Origin: Bacillus subtilis subsp. subtilis str. 168
GTDB taxonomy: Bacteria; Bacillota; Bacilli; Bacillales; Bacillaceae
Direction: 5' to 3'
DNA: 32,000 nt
NCBI RefSeq assembly: GCF_000009045.1
Contig: NC_000964.3
Location: forward strand, 810,001-842,000
Part shown: one piece after another, positions 25,740-32,000 of the stretch
Layout: each line of letters opens with the position of its first letter
Numbering within the stretch: the stretch's first letter is position 1
The notes under the pieces: model-generated
What the model saw: the letters and a program-made list of their open reading frames with translations, nothing else
Database searches by the model: none
What the model was told of the DNA's origin: nothing
Translations under genes and position numbers: made by a program

Positions 25740-26534
25740 ATGAGTGATCCTTATATGCCGCTGACTTCAGTCAGAAGCGGAGCGGGGTTCGAAGCGGCAA
25801 AAGGGGTGCACGGCCTGACTGTGCAAATTGCGAATGTCTATTTTATTCAGCTGCCTTCTGAACCTCACTCATTTGTTTTAATTGATGCCGGCATGCCCCA
25901 ATCAGCCGGCGTGATTGTCAATGAAGCCAAACAAAGATTCGGTGAAGGGTTTCAGCTGAAGGCGATTATCCTCACACACGGGCACTTTGACCATATTGGG
26001 GCAATCGAAGAGATCCTTGAGCATTGGGATGTGCCTGTTTATATCCATTCTCGGGAAATGCCTTATGTAACAGGTAAAGAGGATTATCCTCCGGCTCGTC
26101 CTGACAGCAAGAGCGGGCTGGTCGCTAAGCTGTCGCCGCTGTTTCCGCGGCACTCTATCGATATTTCCTCACATGTCCAGGCACTGCCGGAAGACGGTTC
26201 AGTTCCTTTTCTTGACGAGTGGATGTGGATCGCGACACCAGGACACACGCCGGGCCATATTTCGTTATTCCGCGATGACGGCCGCGTGCTTGTGGCAGGT
26301 GATGCTGTTATTACAGTGGAACAGGAGAAAATGGCTGACGTCTTGATACAAAAACAGGAGCTTCACGGGCCGCCGGCTTATTTCACGCCTGACACAGAGA
26401 CGGCCGCTGAGTCCATTCTAAAGCTGGCCGGTCTTGAACCGGAAGCGTTATTGACCGGGCACGGCATACCGATGACCGGCAAAAACTTTCGAAGTGACTT
26501 AACTGAATTGGCAAATCGGTTATCGTCTATTTGA
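25740..26534 (+). CDS. yflN: Metallo-beta-lactamase fold hydrolase
   Basis: HxHxDH motif (THGHFDHIG). SD ggaggtg before the ATG at 25740. 264 aa. Confidence 0.88.
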   Translation: MSDPYMPLTSVRSGAGFEAAKGVHGLTVQIANVYFIQLPSEPHSFVLIDAGMPQSAGVIVNEAKQRFGEGFQLKAIILTHGHFDHIGAIEEILEHWDVPVYIHSREMPYVTGKEDYPPARPDSKSGLVAKLSPLFPRHSIDISSHVQALPEDGSVPFLDEWMWIATPGHTPGHISLFRDDGRVLVAGDAVITVEQEKMADVLIQKQELHGPPAYFTPDTETAAESILKLAGLEPEALLTGHGIPMTGKNFRSDLTELANRLSSI

Positions 26535-26560
26535 CACCCGCACCACGCGGGTGTTTTTTA
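26534..26560 (+). terminator. Terminator after yflN
   Basis: Stem cacccgc / gcgggtg followed by a T6 run. Confidence 0.85.
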
Positions 26561-26590
26561 TTGTTTTCCAGGAAGTTGCAGAAAAATCAT

Positions 26591-26618
26591 TTGTCTTGCC
26601 GCTTAAAAACGATACAAT
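26591..26618 (+). promoter_or_regulatory. Putative sigma-A promoter of nosA
   Basis: TTGTCT, a 16-nt spacer, then TACAAT. Confidence 0.5.
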
Positions 26619-26652
26619 GAAAAGCATGAAGTGATGTGAAGGGGAGAGTTTG

Positions 26653-27744
26653 TTGGAAGAAAAAGAAATACTCTGGAACGAAGCGAAAGCGTTTATTGCC
26701 GCATGCTATCAGGAATTGGGAAAGGAGGAGGAAGTGAAAGACCGTCTCGCGGACATTAAAAGTGAAATTGACCTGACCGGAAGCTATGTACATACGAAGG
26801 AAGAGCTGGAGCACGGAGCGAAAATGGCTTGGAGAAACAGCAACCGCTGCATCGGCAGATTGTTCTGGAATTCGCTGAATGTTATCGACAGACGAGACGT
26901 CCGGACGAAGGAGGAAGTGCGTGATGCCCTCTTTCACCATATTGAAACCGCCACCAATAACGGGAAAATCAGACCGACCATTACGATTTTCCCTCCGGAA
27001 GAGAAGGGTGAAAAGCAAGTCGAGATCTGGAATCATCAGCTGATCCGGTACGCTGGATATGAGTCAGACGGAGAAAGAATCGGCGACCCGGCTTCCTGTT
27101 CCCTGACAGCAGCCTGCGAAGAGCTCGGCTGGCGCGGAGAGCGAACGGATTTTGACCTGCTGCCGCTCATTTTTCGCATGAAAGGGGACGAGCAGCCTGT
27201 CTGGTATGAGCTGCCGCGTTCACTTGTGATTGAGGTTCCAATCACACATCCGGACATCGAGGCGTTTTCTGATTTGGAGCTGAAGTGGTACGGCGTGCCT
27301 ATTATTTCTGATATGAAGCTTGAGGTCGGGGGCATTCATTATAATGCCGCGCCATTTAACGGCTGGTATATGGGCACGGAGATCGGAGCGAGAAACCTCG
27401 CAGATGAAAAGCGGTACGACAAGCTCAAAAAAGTAGCGTCCGTGATCGGCATCGCCGCTGATTACAATACGGATTTATGGAAGGATCAAGCGCTAGTTGA
27501 ATTGAATAAAGCTGTGCTGCACTCGTATAAAAAGCAGGGTGTCAGCATCGTTGACCATCATACAGCGGCAAGCCAGTTTAAACGGTTTGAAGAACAGGAG
27601 GAAGAAGCGGGCAGAAAGCTGACGGGGGACTGGACGTGGCTGATTCCGCCAATTTCACCCGCTGCCACTCATATCTTCCACCGCTCCTATGATAACTCAA
27701 TCGTTAAGCCGAACTATTTTTATCAAGATAAGCCTTATGAGTAA
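26653..27744 (+). CDS. nosA: Bacterial nitric-oxide synthase, oxygenase domain only
   Basis: Heme-thiolate motif [10 protein letters not shown] and high similarity to NOS oxygenase cores, with no reductase domain. I chose the second TTG (MEEKEILW, 363 aa). Confidence 0.92.
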
Positions 27745-28010
27745 ACAATAGAAAATCGATGATGGCCTTCAAGGCTGCGGGATTCAGTCACAGAGATGTC
27801 GGTAACCTTTGAGAAAGGGCTTCCGTTCTTTACAGCCTCAACAAACGATTGCAGGGCGTTTTCCGGACCCTCTGCCAAAATCTCGACACGCCCGTCATCA
27901 CGGTTTTTGACCCAGCCGGCCAGTTTTCGCTTATCAGCTTCCATTTGAACAAAATAGCGAAAGCCCACACCTTGAACCCGGCCGTCTACAATGATTCGGT
28001 ATTGAAGCAT
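27735..28010 (-). CDS. yflL: Acylphosphatase
   Basis: Signature [13 protein letters not shown]. Start at MLQYRI with SD aaggtgg. 91 aa. Its 3' end overlaps the nosA 3' end by 10 nt. Confidence 0.9.
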
Positions 28011-28076
28011 GTAAAAACCACCTTTTCTTTTTATGATAATCAATCATTTTACAACCTGTAAAGGGGATGTGTTTGT

Positions 28077-28742
28077 ATGAAACAAGAGCGCTATTCAGTT
28101 CTTTCTCTTAATCTGGGAAAACCGCAGACGCTTGAATATGACGGAAAGAAAATCGAAACCGGCATCATGAAGCGGCCGGCTAAATCAGCCGTCATGCTGT
28201 ATCGGGAGAATTTTGAAGGAGACGGACAGGCGGACCTCGTCAACCACGGCGGACCTGATAAGGCTGTCTGTGTCTACCCGGCGGAGCATTATCCGTTTTG
28301 GGAAGAGTTCCTCTCAAGACCGCTGTCAAATGCCGCATTTGGAGAAAATCTGACGGTCGCGGGCCTGACTGAGGAGAATGTTTGCATCGGGGATGTGTTC
28401 AGACTTGATGAAGCTGTTGTTCAGGTCAGCCAGCCGCGCCAGCCGTGTGTAAAGCTGGCGAAAAAGTTTGGTGTAAAAGAAATGGTGCTGAAGGTCCAGC
28501 AAACCGGCTATACAGGGTTTTATTTTCGCGTGCTGGAGGAGGGCAGGGTGTCTCCCGGCGCGAACCTTGAATTGCTGTCCAGAGGAGAGAAAGGCATATC
28601 CGTCCAGTTCGCGAACCGCATCAACTACCATGATGCAAAAAATCTCACCGCCATTGAACGGATTTTAAGTGAGGCTGCACTATCGGAAAGCTGGAGAGCG
28701 TCCTTTATGAAAAAAAAGGACAGGCTGCTGCCGGTTGAATAG
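28077..28742 (+). CDS. yflK: MOSC-domain protein (YiiM-like)
   Basis: 221 aa. The MOSC core has the conserved Cys (VSQPRQPCVKL). SD aaagggga. Confidence 0.88.
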   Translation: MKQERYSVLSLNLGKPQTLEYDGKKIETGIMKRPAKSAVMLYRENFEGDGQADLVNHGGPDKAVCVYPAEHYPFWEEFLSRPLSNAAFGENLTVAGLTEENVCIGDVFRLDEAVVQVSQPRQPCVKLAKKFGVKEMVLKVQQTGYTGFYFRVLEEGRVSPGANLELLSRGEKGISVQFANRINYHDAKNLTAIERILSEAALSESWRASFMKKKDRLLPVE

Positions 28743-28776
28743 AAAAAAGCCGCGCATATCAACGTGCGCGGCTTTG
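28743..28776. terminator. Bidirectional terminator between yflK and yflJ
   Basis: Stem agccgcgca / tgcgcggct flanked by an A6 run and ttt. Confidence 0.75.
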
Positions 28777-28782
28777 CCATAT

Positions 28783-28920
28783 TTAAGATTGTTTTTTCTT
28801 TGATTCAAGCAGGTTGGCAAGAAAATAGGTTTTATAGCTTTGAAGCTTTCTTCCTTCATGGTGCGTGATCCCCTGCTTTTTTAGTTCTGCCACATACCAG
28901 CCTTTACTGCCGTAATGCAT
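28783..28920 (-). CDS. yflJ: 45-aa protein MHYGSKGWYVAELKKQGITHHEGRKLQSYKTYFLANLLESKKKQS
   Basis: Not in the ORF track. SD aaaggag lies 9 nt before the ATG (complement of 28918-28920), and the stop is the complement of 28783-28785. Confidence 0.7.
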   Translation of the reverse strand: MHYGSKGWYVAELKKQGITHHEGRKLQSYKTYFLANLLESKKKQS

Positions 28921-29076
28921 GTCAGAAAACTCCTTTCCCTATCTGATTTCGAAACGATTGGCATTGTAACATCTATAAAAAGATGCTGAAAAGAGATGCG
29001 GGGAAAACTGAGCCTTTCGCACTAGATGTACGAATGTTCTTCTGAATGTATATGCGGAGCAAAAGCCGAATATGAT

Positions 29077-29232
29077 TTAATGGCCGGTTAGTTTGATCAT
29101 GACAACGCCAAATGTCATAATGGCGAAAACAATGCCGATATATGTGAGCATCCCGTTTTTTTTCTTAACGCCGTAAACGGTCATAATGATGCCTTCAATG
29201 AAAAAAATGATGCCGAAAATAATAAACCACAT
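29077..29232 (-). CDS. yflI: Small two-TM membrane protein
   Basis: Hydrophobic 51-aa product from MWFIIFG..., with AAAGGAG upstream. The alternative start at 29259 (60 aa) has no SD. Confidence 0.65.
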
Positions 29233-29304
29233 GCAGATAAAGGCTCCTTTCACAGACATAATAGTAGTGTAGCATATCTGAAAGAGCCGGGCTGTGACAA
29301 TATC

Positions 29305-29333
29305 AAGAAAGCCGGGCGCATATCGCCCGGCTC
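29305..29333 (-). terminator. Terminator after yflH
   Basis: Stem agccgggcg / cgcccggct. Confidence 0.75.
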
Positions 29334-29338
29334 ATGTT

Positions 29339-29653
29339 TTATTGTTTATCAACCAATTTGACCAGAAGCTGTGCCAAATGTTCTTTCTCATCTTCGTCTG
29401 CAACGCTCCAAAGCTCTTGCAGCAGCATTTCTTCACCGTTTTGCGGCTCTTCATGCTTTGCGAGGTAGTCTCCCAGGATCGCAGCGCTTTTTACAAGCTT
29501 GCCGTCATCCAATCCCAGCTTTTTGCCTCGGTTGACTTGTTTTTTCAGGTAGCCTTTAAATTCCTCAAAGTCTTTTAAAATGTCTTCTTTTATTGTGCCA
29601 TGCATCGCGTTCATTTCGTTTTCAATTTGGATTTTTTCTTGATCTCTGTTCAT
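29339..29653 (-). CDS. yflH: Small acidic protein of unknown function
   Basis: Start at MNRDQEK, with GAGGAGG 7 nt upstream. 104 aa. Confidence 0.8.
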   Translation of the reverse strand: MNRDQEKIQIENEMNAMHGTIKEDILKDFEEFKGYLKKQVNRGKKLGLDDGKLVKSAAILGDYLAKHEEPQNGEEMLLQELWSVADEDEKEHLAQLLVKLVDKQ

Positions 29654-29734
29654 TGCAAGACCTCCTCGTACAGAATAATGATGCTTTACCTGCAATTGGA
29701 GGAGGTTAAACCTGCCGGAAGCCCGGAATGTGTT

Positions 29735-30484
29735 TTACAGTTTCGTCAGGATAATCGGTTCATCTTTTGTGATGACGATCGTGTGTTCAACTTGGGCAAC
29801 CATGCTTTTATCCGGCGTCTTGAACGTCCAGCCGTCTCCAGCTTCAACAATCGTTTCTGCTTTCGTTGAAATAAACGGTTCAAGCGCGATGACTGTGCCA
29901 TTTTTGAACAGCGCATTATCAAACGGATCATAATAGTTCATGATGTGGTTCGGCGCTTCATGCAGGCTTCGGCCGATTCCGTGGCCGGTCAGGGTTTTGA
30001 TGACGGTAAAGCCTTGAGAGCGTGCTTCATGATAAACGGCTCTTCCGATCTGGTTTTGGCGCTTGCCCGCTTTTGCCTGCTGAAGCCCCTTTTGAAAAGC
30101 GTTTTCCGCGCATTGGCAAAGCTTATGAAGGCGTTCTTCTCCTTCACCGAGCACAAATGAGATGCCTGTGTCGGAATAGAAGCCGCCAAATTCAGCGGAG
30201 ATGTCGATGTTGACAAGGTCCCCTGCTTTTAAAATTTTGGATGTGCTTGGTATGCCGTGAGCCACTTCATCATTTACGCTGATACATGTCACACCTGGAA
30301 AATCGTATTCCTTCTCAGGAGCTGAAACGGCGCCGTGCTCATCAAGCACAGCTTTTCCGATAAGGTCAAGGTCTTTTGTGCTCATGCCGGGCTCTGCCTT
30401 CCGCTTCATTTCTTCACGCGCAAGCGCGACGATTCTTCCGATTTTTTTCAGGCCTTCTAATTCTTGATCGTTTGTTACAATCAT
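29735..30484 (-). CDS. mapB: Methionine aminopeptidase type I (second paralogue)
   Basis: 249 aa. M24A metal ligands lie in their usual contexts (VAHGIP, DISAEFGG, GHGIG, EPF, EHT). Confidence 0.92.
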   Translation of the reverse strand: MIVTNDQELEGLKKIGRIVALAREEMKRKAEPGMSTKDLDLIGKAVLDEHGAVSAPEKEYDFPGVTCISVNDEVAHGIPSTSKILKAGDLVNIDISAEFGGFYSDTGISFVLGEGEERLHKLCQCAENAFQKGLQQAKAGKRQNQIGRAVYHEARSQGFTVIKTLTGHGIGRSLHEAPNHIMNYYDPFDNALFKNGTVIALEPFISTKAETIVEAGDGWTFKTPDKSMVAQVEHTIVITKDEPIILTKL

Positions 30485-30589
30485 CTGTCATTCCCGCTTT
30501 CTTTTTAAATAATCTAGATTAAGCTTACCACAACTGTCTTAAAAATAGGAAACACACGGACCTGGGAAAAAAGAAATACCCCCGGGAAA

Positions 30590-30605
30590 ATTGGTATAGA
30601 TCACT
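30590..30605. promoter_or_regulatory. GntR/HutC-type (NagR, dre-like) operator upstream of nagP
   Basis: ATTGGTATAGATCACT compared with the dre consensus ACTGGTCTAGACCACT, 13 of 16 matches. It overlaps the -35 region of a TGgTATATT extended -10 box (30618-30626). Confidence 0.6.
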
Positions 30606-30655
30606 AGATATCTTATATGGTATATTTGAAAAAAAAGGGTATGAGGGGGATGGGT

Positions 30656-32000
30656 ATGCTTTCATTTTTACAAAAACTCGGGAAGTCATTTATGCTCCCG
30701 ATTGCGGTTCTGCCTGCGGTTGGAATTATCCTTGCGCTTGGCAGAGAGGATGTATTTAATATCCCGTTTGTCTATCAGGCGGGGACGGCGGTTTTTGATC
30801 ATCTGCCGCTTATTTTTGCGATCGGTATTGCCATCGGCATTTCAAAAGACAGCAATGGGGCAGCGGGTTTATCAGGGGCGATATCGTATCTGATGCTTGA
30901 CGCGGCAACAAAGACAATTGATAAAACAAATAACATGGCGGTGTTTGGGGGAATTATTGCCGGTTTAATTGCCGGTTACACCTATAACCGCTTCAAGGAT
31001 ACCAAGCTGCCTGAATATCTCGGGTTCTTCAGTGGCAGACGGCTTGTGCCGATTTTAACAGCCATTATTACGATCATTTTAGCGGGCATATTCGGAGTGG
31101 TCTGGCCGCCGATTCAATCGTGTATCAACTCGTTTGGAGAGTGGATGCTCGGGCTCGGCGGCATCGGGGCAGGCATATTCGGCCTATTCAACAGGCTGTT
31201 AATTCCGCTTGGCCTTCACCATGTGCTGAACAATATTTTCTGGTTCCAATTCGGAGAATATAACGGAGTGACAGGGGATTTGGCGCGCTTTTTCGCGAAA
31301 GATCCGACTGCGGGCACATATATGACCGGATTTTTCCCAATCATGATGTTCGGTCTTCCGGCGGCGTGTCTGGCTATGGTTGTGACTGCGAAGCCGTCTA
31401 AACGGAAAGCGACGGCTGGAATGATGATTGGATTTGCTTTAACGGCGTTTATCACAGGGATTACGGAGCCGATTGAGTTTGCATTTATGTTTTTATCTCC
31501 GCTTTTATACGCTGTTCACGCGGTCTTAACCGGGTTATCTTTATTTATCGTCAACTGGCTCGGCATCCGCTCAGGCTTCTCTTTTTCAGCCGGAGCTATC
31601 GATTATGTGCTCAGCTATGGAATCGCGGAAAAACCGCTGCTTCTGCTTTTGGTAGGTATATGCTATGCGGCAGTATACTTTATCGTGTTTTATGTACTGA
31701 TTAAGGCTTTGAATTTAAAAACGCCTGGACGGGAAGACGATGATGTGGATGAAGTGCTGGATGAAAATACTGTTCAGGATGTAAATGAAAACATCATGCT
31801 GAAAGGGCTCGGCGGAAAAGAAAACCTTCAAACCATTGATCATTGCGCCACAAGGCTGCGACTGACTGTGAAGGATACCGCTTTGGTGGATGAAGCACTG
31901 CTAAAGAAAGCAGGCGCAAAAGGGGTTGTCAAATCGGGCGGGCAATCGGTTCAAGTCATTATTGGCCCGAATGTGGAATTTGCAGCTGAGGAATTGAGGG
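30656..32000 (+). CDS. nagP: PTS N-acetylglucosamine-specific EIICB component, 3' end beyond the window
   Basis: The frame is open from 30656 to the window edge, so it is absent from the ORF track. It reads MLSFLQKLGKSFMLPIAVLPAVG..., has the EIIC motif GITEPIEFAF and the EIIB motif IDHCATRLRL. SD AGGGGG lies 7 nt upstream. Confidence 0.9.
   Translation, partial: MLSFLQKLGKSFMLPIAVLPAVGIILALGREDVFNIPFVYQAGTAVFDHLPLIFAIGIAIGISKDSNGAAGLSGAISYLMLDAATKTIDKTNNMAVFGGIIAGLIAGYTYNRFKDTKLPEYLGFFSGRRLVPILTAIITIILAGIFGVVWPPIQSCINSFGEWMLGLGGIGAGIFGLFNRLLIPLGLHHVLNNIFWFQFGEYNGVTGDLARFFAKDPTAGTYMTGFFPIMMFGLPAACLAMVVTAKPSKRKATAGMMIGFALTAFITGITEPIEFAFMFLSPLLYAVHAVLTGLSLFIVNWLGIRSGFSFSAGAIDYVLSYGIAEKPLLLLLVGICYAAVYFIVFYVLIKALNLKTPGREDDDVDEVLDENTVQDVNENIMLKGLGGKENLQTIDHCATRLRLTVKDTALVDEALLKKAGAKGVVKSGGQSVQVIIGPNVEFAAEELR

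Noticed and set aside
28033-28047. Fur-like sequence TGATAATCAATCAT between yflL and yflK.
   Set aside because: Only the left half-site matches the 7-1-7 Fur consensus. What remains is a short 5-5-5 inverted repeat (ATGAT..ATCAT) in an AT-rich divergent promoter, which is too weak to call.

Overview
I recognise this window from its protein sequences and gene order as the Bacillus subtilis 168-type chromosome segment running yfmR to nagP. That identification is from memory; no search was run. I call about 35 protein genes:
- two ABC-F ATPases (yfmR, yfmM)
- the MerR/MFS pair yfmP-yfmO
- DEAD-box helicase yfmL, GNAT yfmK and oxidoreductase yfmJ
- the Fur-controlled iron-citrate ABC importer yfmCDEF
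- SigB-dependent yflT and secreted pectate lyase pel
- DASS transporter yflS and the citrate module citS-citT-yflP-citM
- MBL hydrolase yflN, bacterial nitric-oxide synthase nosA, acylphosphatase yflL and MOSC protein yflK
- small proteins yflJ, yflI and yflH, then mapB and the 5' part of PTS gene nagP

I saw no rRNA, tRNA, CRISPR array, transposase or integrase.

The most interesting part is a sharply AT-rich island of about 3.9 kb (about 8995-12882), sitting between yfmJ and yfmF. Sampled 60-nt lines are about 28-30% G+C inside it and about 47% in the flank. Degenerate direct repeats of about 250 bp bracket it. It carries a compact cassette with no function I know of:
- a divergent MFS exporter (yfmI)
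- a 23-codon ORF with a very strong Shine-Dalgarno (SD) sequence, absent from the ORF track (MRKLRKNWRKSIVSPVLYTNEKW)
- a perfect hairpin
- a cytoplasmic enzyme with HEAT-like repeats and a formylglycine-generating-enzyme (FGE) fold (yfmG), which appears to lack the two catalytic cysteines of true FGEs

I flag this as a candidate peptide-modification and export module, or possibly a conflict-system module.

Secondary leads:
- a small gene (yfmN) split over two frames at an A5 run
- an unannotated 27-codon upstream ORF with a perfect SD that ends in the yfmL ribosome-binding site
- an anti-SD hairpin in front of yflH
- the NOS / MOSC neighbourhood
- an orphan TctC-type binding protein (yflP)

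All coordinates were derived by hand from the printed sequence.
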